From positions 32,001 through 96,000 of the IMG/VR virus record IMGVR_UViG_2907208306_000002: DNA of 64,000 nt. One strand, 5' to 3'. The stretch comes from a virus. Lineage: Duplodnaviria; Caudoviricetes. Below the pieces are notes generated by a model. It did no database searches and was not told the origin of the DNA. It saw nothing but the letters and a program-made list of their open reading frames with translations. A program made the position numbers and the translations under genes. Below are positions 54,597 through 64,000 of this stretch, piece after piece (the stretch's first letter is position 1; each line of letters opens with the position of its first letter).

Positions 54597-54928
54597 GTAA
54601 AAAGTTATCAGGAAATGGAATCTGGGAATCAAGCCGAATGATGCTTCCACAGCACAGGGAACGTATTATAGATAATCAAAAAATACCTCTCCAAAAAACG
54701 AAACCAATCATCCATGCAGACGAGTGGGAAATCATAACTCAAAACATCAACCTGTCTCTAAGTGAACAGGAGCCTGTTGTCGTAACTATTTTTGGTGAGT
54801 ATGAGAACTCAGAAGTTAGTGGGGTAATAAAGAATGTTAGTCCAATTCAAAAGAAACTTAAACTAGAAAATGATGAAGGTTTTGAATGGATCGATTTTAA
54901 TGAAATTGTATCAGTAACACTCGAATGA
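54593..54928 (+). CDS. yolD: YolD-family protein
   Basis: WESSRMMLPQH; translationally coupled to uvrX. Confidence 0.88.
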   Translation: MSKKLSGNGIWESSRMMLPQHRERIIDNQKIPLQKTKPIIHADEWEIITQNINLSLSEQEPVVVTIFGEYENSEVSGVIKNVSPIQKKLKLENDEGFEWIDFNEIVSVTLE

Positions 54929-55311
54929 TCATGAGACAATCCGAAGGTGATTTAGAAATTGTTAAACGTTATTTAGAACTTCCTATTTTACTTGATGTCT
55001 TGGAGTATGATAAGAAGAGAATAGGAAGTTCTAAACTTAATAATCAAAGTATCATGGTGTCATATTTAGAGTCAATTCAAGACAAAGTTACAACGGATAT
55101 ATATGAAGTTAAAAAGGAAATGAGAAAAAGATCAATCAAAATTATCGAGCAAAGAAGGTTGGAGGATAGACTTGTTGCAGATTATTTGTGCAGGAATTAT
55201 AAGCATCAAATTTCATTGCTCTGGAGTAAGGTGAAGTTTGATTCTGAGGTTACATTAGCAAGATATATGGGAATTGATATTTATAAATTAGATAAACCGC
55301 CTATTCGTTAG
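54925..55311 (+). CDS. Hypothetical protein
   Basis: 128-aa ORF coupled to yolD. Confidence 0.7.
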   Translation: MIMRQSEGDLEIVKRYLELPILLDVLEYDKKRIGSSKLNNQSIMVSYLESIQDKVTTDIYEVKKEMRKRSIKIIEQRRLEDRLVADYLCRNYKHQISLLWSKVKFDSEVTLARYMGIDIYKLDKPPIR

Positions 55312-57685
55312 ACGGTTTACTTTTTGTGTTTATGCGTTTTTCAACCTTACCAGGAAGAGCGGTAATAAACCTAGAATATCCTTGATCACACTTAACATAA
55401 TTCATTGAATGATAACGCTTAAGATTCTTTAAGTCCTCATCAGTAAAAGGGTAAAGTTCACTCTTTAATTCATCAAAGTTCTTCTTATCGCATCCAGCCA
55501 AGAGCATGTAGGAAGTGTTTGCACTACGCAGCTCATCACGCATATACTTCAATTGGTTAATGTAGTGGCAACTTATAATTGGTTTCATGATGAACTTGGC
55601 GATTTGAGATAGTTTAGAGGTTAGGAAACGTTCAGTGTTTTCGACTTGATACAACTCATCAACAATTAAATTAACCTTAGTCCTTTTGCTTTTGTCCCTT
55701 ATTCGGTCAGCTCTAATCTGAAGTGCAAGCCAGATTTTAGTTATCCAATAAGTCGTACAGATGTCCTTTTCTGAATCAGTGGTAAACATTGATTGAGGCA
55801 TTTTGATTACGATTAGTTGATTCTTTTGCATCTCAGCACTCAAATCAATGTTCTTGCTGGTATCCTTTTTGAGCATTAACTCCATGTATGTGTTTCGTTT
55901 GAGAATGTTTAGGCGGTCAATTATACCTGTAATTAAGTGTGTTTTGGTTCCAATAATCGTGCCTTCTTTATCGGTCTCATCCAGCTCACTTAAATTTTCG
56001 ATATATTCCTCCAGGTTGTTGAGTTGATTTCTAGGCACCTTACTTAGAAATTTCATTCGTGCATTATGGTTTTGGAGTACATTAAAGACATCTTTGATAC
56101 TTCCAGTATTAATAAATACAACAAGGCTGGCACTCTCTAGATATCGTTCCATTTTGGGACTTAATGAACTGTCGCTTGCGTTTATCGAGTTGATTAGAGT
56201 GAGCATGTTGGCTGTCTGACGTTTAGCATTTTCATATTGTTTAAATACATCTTTGCTAACTCCTACTTCGTTAAAGCCCAGACCTTGCATTGTGTCGAAG
56301 TCATCGCAGCGGATCTCAAGTACTTTGTCTTTGGGGAATAGCTTTGAGACATTTTCGCTTAATTCACAATTCTCGATAAAATCGAAAATTATTACACATT
56401 CACCGGCCTCAATGGCATCAATTGAAAGGTTGGCGATTAGGTTTGATTTACCAGCTCTCGTTGGGCCTATGAGAAGCAGAAGGAGATTCCTAAATTCAAT
56501 GTCATTACTTAAGAATGCTTTCTGCTTCTTGCCTTTATAAATATTCTCACCAATACACATTGTACCTGAACAAAGATCCTCTGGAACCTCGGTTTCAAAC
56601 GTCTCAACTTTCTCAATAAAGTTATACTGTTCTAAGATGTCTCTTCCCGCCAATGACAAGAAGTTCTGTGCTTCACCGTCCCCAACAAGTAATTTATCTG
56701 CTCGGATATTGTAATCAGTGTATTCAAAATCCTTCCTAAAAGGCTTATAAATCAGTTCATTGTCTTCACTTATCGTGTCAAAACTCTGAGCTAAACTTTT
56801 AACGGTATTTCTTTGCCTTAAAGCGTCAGAGCTGCTGCCCATGACTACAATTTGGGTAGAGAGAATGGAGGCAACGCCTTTTTTCAATGTGCTATCGCTT
56901 ATTCTGAGTTTTTCTGTACCAGAAAGGGCGTTTAATAGACCTGATAAAAACCCACTTTCATCCGATTTTTTATCCGATAAACTGGATACAGATAGCGCAT
57001 CAGATAAGGTATTTATCACGGAGTCAATGACGGAGATACCCCATTTAAGCAAGTATCTCCATCCAGTCTTATTGCGGTCAATAGGTTTCCCCGATTTAAG
57101 TTTCTCGATGGTTGCTTTATGTTTATACCTCCAACCATGCTGAGAAGTTGGAATGAAATTATAGAAGATGCCTAACTTATCGCCCTCCTTGAGCATCTCT
57201 ACAACGTTTAAATTAGAATGGAGGAGATCATTGTTACGCCGGTCAATGGAAAGGCTCATACCGTCTTCGTTTTTATAGACAATTTGATACTTTGTGGGAC
57301 TGTCATTAAAAGTGGGGAGGGTGTTTACTTCTTCGATTGTTAATTGAGTCCACACATCGCTTATCTTTTCTTTAATGTACATAAGTTGATGATGAGGAAT
57401 GATGAAATAAAACTCGATTTTTTTATTCTCCATATAAATGAAGTAACTTACTTTGGAGTTGATTTGAATCGAGATTTTTGTTGGAAATACTATATCTTTA
57501 CCAAGGATTTTTATCATCTTTTCTTCCTGTTTGCTAATGTTCTCGATAACATTTTTATATAGACCAGATATTGCTCGTGCGAGTTTATGAGTTGAATTGT
57601 TACGTATTGAATTATTGGGCTTTAGCTTAAGGAATACATAGTTAGGTCGAGCAACCTCGATTACATCGCGGAGTTTAAGAGCCAT
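55301..57685 (-). CDS. VirB4/TraG/HerA-like P-loop ATPase
   Basis: GPTRAGKS Walker A, IIFD, LIVDE Walker B; 794 aa. Confidence 0.75.
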   Translation of the reverse strand: MALKLRDVIEVARPNYVFLKLKPNNSIRNNSTHKLARAISGLYKNVIENISKQEEKMIKILGKDIVFPTKISIQINSKVSYFIYMENKKIEFYFIIPHHQLMYIKEKISDVWTQLTIEEVNTLPTFNDSPTKYQIVYKNEDGMSLSIDRRNNDLLHSNLNVVEMLKEGDKLGIFYNFIPTSQHGWRYKHKATIEKLKSGKPIDRNKTGWRYLLKWGISVIDSVINTLSDALSVSSLSDKKSDESGFLSGLLNALSGTEKLRISDSTLKKGVASILSTQIVVMGSSSDALRQRNTVKSLAQSFDTISEDNELIYKPFRKDFEYTDYNIRADKLLVGDGEAQNFLSLAGRDILEQYNFIEKVETFETEVPEDLCSGTMCIGENIYKGKKQKAFLSNDIEFRNLLLLLIGPTRAGKSNLIANLSIDAIEAGECVIIFDFIENCELSENVSKLFPKDKVLEIRCDDFDTMQGLGFNEVGVSKDVFKQYENAKRQTANMLTLINSINASDSSLSPKMERYLESASLVVFINTGSIKDVFNVLQNHNARMKFLSKVPRNQLNNLEEYIENLSELDETDKEGTIIGTKTHLITGIIDRLNILKRNTYMELMLKKDTSKNIDLSAEMQKNQLIVIKMPQSMFTTDSEKDICTTYWITKIWLALQIRADRIRDKSKRTKVNLIVDELYQVENTERFLTSKLSQIAKFIMKPIISCHYINQLKYMRDELRSANTSYMLLAGCDKKNFDELKSELYPFTDEDLKNLKRYHSMNYVKCDQGYSRFITALPGKVEKRINTKSKPSNE

Positions 57686-57983
57686 GAATCATCCCTCCCA
57701 TAAGAAGGAATTTAATTAGAACGTTCGCCAGGTAAAGAATCCCAGCCCATTTTTTCCCTTTATTCCATCCAACAACCCAAAACAAGATACATAATCCGCA
57801 GCCAACTAAGGCAACCGAATAGCTGAAATCTATGAATACGTTTCTGATAGAGTCTAAGACTCCAAGCAATATATCGGTTGTTTGTTCTTGTGCCCAGTGT
57901 CTGATTCCGTGTGTCAGTGGATTACCTTCTGACGGAACCTGAGGGAAAGGTATATTGTTGATTTTAACAAGCATAGATGTCAC
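57675..57983 (-). CDS. Small two-TM membrane protein
   Basis: Two hydrophobic helices; overlaps the ATPase start. Confidence 0.7.
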   Translation of the reverse strand: MTSMLVKINNIPFPQVPSEGNPLTHGIRHWAQEQTTDILLGVLDSIRNVFIDFSYSVALVGCGLCILFWVVGWNKGKKWAGILYLANVLIKFLLMGGMIHGS

Positions 57984-57988
57984 ATCCC

Positions 57989-58390
57989 TTAGATGTCTTT
58001 GAATACTGAATCAATCTGATCTAAGCTCCAAGGAAGGGCGAGAAGTATTACGTAAACGATAAGGTATTGAAGGAAAGACTTTTTAGCGTAGTCAAAATCA
58101 CCTTTTATAGTGTGTTGAATGGTATCCCATCCTCCTTTGATAATTACGACCCATTTACCAAGGTTAACTAGTTTGCGATATATTCTTAGCCCACCTGCAT
58201 CAATTCCTGTTCCAGCAGCGTAAAGAGTGGGATCTAAAATACCAGATGCGAAAATAATAATCGTGACTCCAATAATTCGATATGCTATTTTATGGCGTTT
58301 TAAGTGTGAGATAATAGTATCTTTTATTTTTGAGACATTGTAATCCTTGTTGATAAACTGGCTAAACGATATAGTTTCAACTCTAGTCAT
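57989..58390 (-). CDS. VirB2/TrbC pilin-like membrane protein
   Basis: Signal-like segment ending YAA, then two hydrophobic helices separated by GD...AKK; start reassigned to MTRVE. Confidence 0.5.
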   Translation of the reverse strand: MTRVETISFSQFINKDYNVSKIKDTIISHLKRHKIAYRIIGVTIIIFASGILDPTLYAAGTGIDAGGLRIYRKLVNLGKWVVIIKGGWDTIQHTIKGDFDYAKKSFLQYLIVYVILLALPWSLDQIDSVFKDI

Positions 58391-58556
58391 GATGCACCAA
58401 CTCCTAAAATTTTTATAAAGACAAATACGAACAGGCATAAATGAGAGAATGCTAACATAAAATTAGAAGCAAAGCGTTTCTAATTTACATAGGCATAGTC
58501 TACCCTACGGAAAAGAGGGGAAGGGACATCTTATGACAACCCTTCCTGGGTCATAA

Positions 58557-58733
58557 TCAGCCTGCCAATTCATTAGTAGAAGCAATCTCTTTAATCTCTT
58601 CATAAAACGAATCTTCAAGGCTCATAAGTCCGACAAACACGCTCCAACCTTCCTCCGTTAACAAGATAGATACTCCACGTTTTTGCAGATCAACCAAAGC
58701 ATTTAACATATCATTTTTAAACATTATAACCAT
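58557..58733 (-). CDS. 58-aa hypothetical protein (not in the ORF track)
   Basis: MVIMFKNDMLNALVDLQKRG...NELAG with RBS AGAGGAG directly after tubZ. Confidence 0.6.
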   Translation of the reverse strand: MVIMFKNDMLNALVDLQKRGVSILLTEEGWSVFVGLMSLEDSFYEEIKEIASTNELAG

Positions 58734-58739
58734 CTCCTC

Positions 58740-59819
58740 TTAATGTTTATATTTACTTAAAATGTCCAGCACAGATTTTCTTTCTGTGCTTTTTTGTTGT
58801 GGAACAAGTGTTGACACATTTGCCTGAAACCGTGAATTATGAATAGGTTCAACTTGCTCTTTACATATACTTATGGATTTTTCAATATCATGTAGGCGTT
58901 TAAGAGACCAGGGAAGACCGGTAATGATTGAGATGATTTTCCCGTTGTGTTCATGATAATTACCTTCAAACAACTCATATGGCATTTGCTTAAAGATTAG
59001 ATCATGTCGGACATACTCAAGTAACGATTCTTGGCCATCAAAGATAAGCGCAGCCTTTGAGATACGATCTGATTCAATTGGTGCGAATATTGATTGTGAC
59101 CAAGATGTTCTCACTTTTTCAGCTACGCTTTCAGAAGACAGGGTGAGTCCCTGATTCAGATTGGTGATGTTAGTCTCACTAATTAGGGCAATACCAGGAT
59201 TGTTAAGGATTGTTATAAGATCTTCTTTATCAAAGTTGCCGTTCTTGGAGTGCTTTTCCGTATAAGAATAGATGGTGTTCAGCATCGATACCGCAGATTT
59301 GTTAGTCATATCCAGTAATAAATTTTTACCTATATTAGGGTAGTTATTTCTTGTTTGCTGGTTATCGATGGGGAATACGGCTACATTTAATTGAGACAAC
59401 TCTTCAAATGCTTTTAATGTATTCACCTGAGCCGAGTATGACTCAGATGTTTCAGGAATAATTGGCATCGCTATGAATGTGGTATCTGGCAATGTATTAA
59501 TGGTAACTTCGAGAAGAATTGGGCCGATCCCACTACCAGAACCACCGGCTAAAGAGAAGGTAAATACGATGACTTTAGCATTCGCAAAATTGTCTTTAAT
59601 GAAGTTTAAAGCATCTTCCCACTGATCCTGAAAAAGCTGTATTGCTTCGTTTCTCTTCTTACCAACCCCTTCTGAACCAAGCAAGCGTAATTTGTGTCTG
59701 ACTGTAACTGAGTCTAAGTCCTTTTGTGAGTAGTTTATAGCTCCCGAGAGGTAGCCCTGTTTGTGGGCTTCTTCAGCAATATTTGAACCCGCCTGACCCA
59801 AACCAATCACAGCAAACAT
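58740..59819 (-). CDS. tubZ: TubZ/RepX-like tubulin/FtsZ GTPase
   Basis: GLGQAGSNIA, GVGK, AGGSGSG tubulin signature, IDN, NFDKED. Confidence 0.85.
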   Translation of the reverse strand: MFAVIGLGQAGSNIAEEAHKQGYLSGAINYSQKDLDSVTVRHKLRLLGSEGVGKKRNEAIQLFQDQWEDALNFIKDNFANAKVIVFTFSLAGGSGSGIGPILLEVTINTLPDTTFIAMPIIPETSESYSAQVNTLKAFEELSQLNVAVFPIDNQQTRNNYPNIGKNLLLDMTNKSAVSMLNTIYSYTEKHSKNGNFDKEDLITILNNPGIALISETNITNLNQGLTLSSESVAEKVRTSWSQSIFAPIESDRISKAALIFDGQESLLEYVRHDLIFKQMPYELFEGNYHEHNGKIISIITGLPWSLKRLHDIEKSISICKEQVEPIHNSRFQANVSTLVPQQKSTERKSVLDILSKYKH

Positions 59820-60103
59820 TAAGCACCAGCCCTCTCTAATGATTTAGTTACAGCAGCTACTCCATACTCTGTTAGGTACAACAGATTTTGTTTCTTTACA
59901 TTTATTGTTTCGATTAATTTATTAGCGCACAAACGATTAATGGTTCTACGATATGTTGCTTCAGTAAATGAAACTGTTTTTTGAAGTTCGGAATTGCTAA
60001 CTGCTTTAAAGCCCGTTGTTGCCTCGGCTTCATGGAGTGCCCCAAGAACATAAACGTCATCGATAGTTAGGCTACTTAGAACGTACTCGAAATATCTTTC
60101 CAT
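59819..60103 (-). CDS. Winged-helix protein, TubR-like adaptor
   Basis: 94 aa after RBS GGGAGG; wHTH ending YLTEYG; coupled to tubZ. Confidence 0.6.
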   Translation of the reverse strand: MERYFEYVLSSLTIDDVYVLGALHEAEATTGFKAVSNSELQKTVSFTEATYRRTINRLCANKLIETINVKKQNLLYLTEYGVAAVTKSLERAGA

Positions 60104-60188
60104 ATGACTAACACCTCCCCAATGATGTTCAAGCATCTTGCACTGTCTTAGATGAGTTTGAAAGACGTTGTTTGATGTTTGATGATAT

Positions 60189-60269
60189 AGCATATTGCGA
60201 CAGGCTTGACCAATATAACCCAGAAAATTGAAAATTCGTGTATTTATTTTCGAAGATTTGTCCATCCTA
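60189..60269. promoter_or_regulatory. Divergent sporulation-type promoters (sigE-like on minus, sigG-like on plus)
   Basis: Minus: TTATATT-N15-AATATGCT (60189-60218); plus: GTATT-N18-CATCCTA (60240-60269). Confidence 0.45.
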
Positions 60270-60290
60270 GTCATTAAAGGGGTGGATATA

Positions 60291-60512
60291 GTGGGAGCTT
60301 TTGAATTTAAGAAGAGGACTAAATTTGGTAAGTGGATAGATCAGAACCGAATTAGCCAGGAGTGGCTAATTAAGAATATAGGATTAAACAGAAAGACAGT
60401 TTACTCGATATGTAATGACACAGAACACAACCCTCAAGAGGTGACGCAGCTTAAGATTGTAAGTAAGCTGAGAAGAGAAGGATACGATGTTTCGGTAAGT
60501 GATTTTTGGTAA
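60291..60512 (+). CDS. Small HTH (Cro/Xre-like) regulator
   Basis: RTKFGKWIDQNRISQEWL...LNRKTVYSICND...DFW. Confidence 0.75.
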   Translation: MGAFEFKKRTKFGKWIDQNRISQEWLIKNIGLNRKTVYSICNDTEHNPQEVTQLKIVSKLRREGYDVSVSDFW

Positions 60513-60514
60513 AC

Positions 60515-60552
60515 AAAAAAACCGACTTCCTATTATAGAGGTCGGTTTTTTT
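60515..60552 (+). terminator. Bidirectional Rho-independent terminator
   Basis: A7-CCGACTTC...GAGGTCGG-T7. Confidence 0.8.
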
Positions 60553-60714
60553 AATGGAAGAAAATGCTTGACTTTATAAAATGAATATAATAATATAAGG
60601 TTATAAATTATTCGGAAGGTAAATACATAAATAATGTCGAATAATAGAAGTGAGCCCGAGTTGCTTATTCCTTGTTAAAGGAATTAAAAACGTTGTGGAA
60701 GGAGGTCGATACTT

Positions 60715-63700
60715 ATGATTCAAGAGATTTGGGATTACTTTAATAAAGAACAAGTAAGAGCTATTGATGTTGTATTCCTATCGTTGCTAACTTCTTTTTT
60801 CTTATGGATTATCAACTTTATATTTAAGAAATTAGTGAAATTAATGTCCCCAAGAATTGGGAAATTAAAGAAAATCATTGAACTGTATTATAAACTTATA
60901 TTTAAGAATGTTATGAATGGACGCTATCTTGTGGCTTTGGAGAGGAGATTGGCAGCAGGTGGCAAACTAAAGTGGTATGAAACCAAAGCATATAATAAAT
61001 TTAAAGAAGAGATTAGAACATATAATGAAGAACACAAAGAGGAAATTTCAAAATTGGAAACAAACCTAACTAATCAAGTGAATCACTTAAATAATGAGTT
61101 TAAAAATTTTCGTTGAAATTAGCCTTTAATTAAGAAGTAGGAGCATATAGTTATGGGAAGTAATCAAGTATTAAAAGGATTCTTCTTAATTTGTATTCTG
61201 GCAGCTCTAATAAATAAATGGTTGCTGCTTGGAGTCTCTGTTGCCGGTTTGATCATTTTCATTATATCCAAAGTAGAGTTGTGGGAAATAATAAGAGCGT
61301 ACAGAAATAAAAGGAATAGAGAATAAATCGAATCTTTTGTATAGAGGAGACGAATGCTTTATGAGAGACAAAACATATTTATTAACATATCAGAATAATA
61401 AAAATTCACTAACGTTTGCTTGGTTTGACACTGAAAGTGAAATGAGCGAGTTCGTAGAGAACGAAGATATTAACGTAATAGAGGCCTTATATGTTAAAGA
61501 AGCCGAAGTATTGCTATAAAGATGTGAGTTTTTAGAGAAGGGAGTGTTAAACATGACTAAAAAATTTATCATTAAAGAAGCATGGCTACTAGACGAAAAC
61601 GGCAATAAGTCACTAAAATTGAAACAGCAACTTGACCCAAACGAAGTGTTTGAAGTTCGTGTAGACCATGAAAGTGTTAGAGGTGGTCCAGGAAAAGTAA
61701 GCAATGAAGCAGAACGCATAGAGGATTGAATAAAATATGAGTGGAATTAAGGGCAATAGTTATAACTACATAGAACAAATATTTCATTGAGAATGGGAGA
61801 TAGTTAAATGGATATTTATAATACATTTAAAGTCGCAATGGAAATTACTGAGTTAGCTAAAAAATACGATTTAGAAGAAACTGGGAACAGTTCACCGGAA
61901 GAAATACAATCTCGAAATTTTGCTAAAGAGTTGGATGTTATTCATGACAAGTTGCTATATCTAGGTAAATTCTCTAAGGAGGACGTTTTAGAGAAAGAGG
62001 CTGTTAATACTGTAAGTGTTACTGGACTTCCATCATACTCAAAATTGATCGTTTATTATGTTTATGAGGATGAGCAAATGGCACTTGTAGAGGATACTGC
62101 CATGAATTTGCATCTTATCCCATTGGAAATTGTGAAGTTTAATGAATAATTGTTTATAAAATTTTCCTTTTATAAAGAAAGAGGGAATTACAGATGAAAA
62201 AATCAGAATTAGTTAATTCTTGTAATCAATTAATAAATAAAATTAGAGATCCAAGAGTTGAGATATATGGTGCTGGAGAATTTTTAGAAGGTACAGTAGA
62301 AGAATTAATCCCGTATTTGAGTAAAGAAGGATTAATTTTTCTTAGAGATGAGTTGGATAGATTATTAGCAAAAGACTGAATAAAATCTTTCTTTTATGAA
62401 GAAATGGAGGAAGAGCAATGAAGATCAATAAAAAATATAATTACTGGGAGTTTTATTATGATGAAGAAATGCCTGATACTACATACCCAACTCCGGAAGA
62501 TCGCCAGTGTATCGGTTCGATTTGGTCAGATGAGTGGAGCGGACTAGAGTTATTTGAAATTACAGATGAGGAATTGAAGCAACATCTATTACAGGATATA
62601 GATAATTGGTATGAGAAAGTTGATAAACGCAAAATCAAATCTGCAATCAAGGAACTTAGACAAATTCAGAAAGAAGTTAGCATTTCAGTATTAACTCAAT
62701 AAAAGTTTACTTTTACTAAGATAAAGGAGGGTGTGGGAATTGATCGAAGCGAGCCAATGTCAATTAGGAGACATGTACGAAGAAATAGCAACAGGACAGT
62801 TATTTATAGTTAAGAATTACGATGAAATCAGAGTTTTTGAAGTTTATGGTCAACCAGGCAACTATACTACAGCCCTTAATGAAAAATACCACCGTAAAGT
62901 AAAAACTCATAGTTAAAATCCCTTATAAAATAAGGTATTTTTGAAGAGTAAAACTTGATAAAAGGTTGATTTCATGGAGAATCTGTAATAAAATAAAAAT
63001 AAGAATAATAAATATAATATACTGGGAGGTGGGCTGTGAGGAAACCAACATATATGCAGCCAAGACACTACAGATACTTCAATAAAAATAGGTTTCATAT
63101 TGAAGGAGTATCCAGGAAGACTAAGAAGTTTCTTCAGAAAGCAATTTCGGAAGGATATTTGCCCACTGCAGAAGAACTCAGGTGGTCAAATCTTCCTGAC
63201 TGCCGATGGTGTAACGGAAGTGGTACATATAGAGAGCATCCAAGTGACAGTGGCTACGGGTGCAGCGATTGTGCAGGAACCGGAAAGGTGGGATGGAAAT
63301 ACGCTAAAGATAATCGGAAAATCAGCATAGAGACTGGTAAGACAGTTGTAGAATATTAATAAATCATACATATTAGGAGTGAAGAAAAATGGATAAAGTA
63401 TATTGGGCAGGTTGCAATTACTGGGTGAATCAAGGGGCTACCGAGTATGAACCAATTGGGACAGCAACATCAATGCATGATTGCGTTGGTTGTGAGAAGA
63501 CTTTATATTGCACCATGAAGCAAGTATCAGATGTTTGGGAATGGAATGAAGAAATTGCAAAGAACTTAAAACATAAATCCAATGAAATGCACAAGATCAG
63601 TAAAACTCAATAAAGGTTCAGAAGGGAGGGAAAAATATGAACGTAGTATATAACCTACATATGCAAGAAGTAAAAGCAATCATCATAAAACATCTCAATG

Positions 63701-63748
63701 AGACTAAAGGAATTTACATTTCAGAGAAAGACTCGGACATTTTAGTTC
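60715..63748 (+). CDS. Array of small hypothetical genes (60715-61116, 61337-61519, 61544-61729, 61808-62149, 62194-62379, 62418-62702, 62731-62916, 63036-63359 with a DnaJ-like CxxCxGxG repeat, 63389-63613, 63638-63748)
   Basis: Co-oriented short ORFs separated by junction palindromes. Confidence 0.6.
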
Positions 63749-63889
63749 TAGACAAAGAAGATAAATTCATTAATGGCGAGATTATTCAAGTGTTTCATGA
63801 GATTTAATGAAACCTCACTGAGCATACATAACTTACCTGTAAACAGCATCATTTGCCTTTGATACACTTATCTTAGGTAGGTGATAAAA

Positions 63890-64000
63890 ATGTTCGTTTC
63901 CCCGATGCTGTTAGAATACGCAGCAGACAACAAGCCTTTTGATGACGACAACTACATAACCGAACTAAAACTAGACGGTATAAGATTGATCGTTAGCAAT
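63890..64000 (+). CDS. ATP-dependent DNA ligase, N-terminus (partial)
   Basis: MFVSPMLL...PFDDDNYITELKLDGIRLI, containing the KxDG adenylation motif. Confidence 0.85.
   Translation, partial: MFVSPMLLEYAADNKPFDDDNYITELKLDGIRLIVSN

Noticed and set aside
55301-58390. Complete conjugative T4SS/ICE
   Set aside because: No relaxase, VirB6, VirB1 or separate coupling protein is in the window

Overview
An AT-rich 64-kb segment of a large SPbeta-like temperate phage or prophage. The host is probably Bacillales and Paenibacillus-like, judged from the AgrD-type peptide, the UvrX/YqjW-type polymerase and RsfA. Layout from left to right: (i) 1-8 kb on the minus strand holds the start of the late/packaging operon: terminase large N-terminus, probable small terminase, phosphoesterase, YonK, PhoH, HU and a YonO-type single-subunit RNA polymerase. 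(ii) 8-13 kb holds an intact tyrosine recombinase, an internally deleted RecD2-like gene, an HTH Rep-like gene followed by four 21-22-bp iterons and an AT-rich tract, SRAP, and a strongly strand-skewed non-coding zone. (iii) 13-28 kb and 39-53 kb, plus 61-63 kb, are long arrays of small early genes. (iv) 28-36 kb is a regulatory locus: RsfA with a sigF-type promoter, an orphan SOS-boxed MazF, Xre, YopQ-like and YopR/MrpR-like proteins, a kinase-less agr-like cassette (membrane protein-AgrB-AgrD-LytTR) and two tRNAs. (v) 53-60 kb holds an SOS-boxed Y-family polymerase with YolD, and a minus-strand TubR-TubZ-pilin-like-VirB4/HerA-like ATPase module. The most striking unexplained pattern is about 30 copies of a palindrome, (A/T)TRAAA-N6-TTTNA(T/C), with a variable 6-bp core. 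They sit between the stop codon and the next RBS of the small early genes and I did not see them at core-gene junctions, which suggests a gene-cassette or recombination-site array, or a genome-wide operator. All product calls come from motif recognition by eye; no database searches were run.
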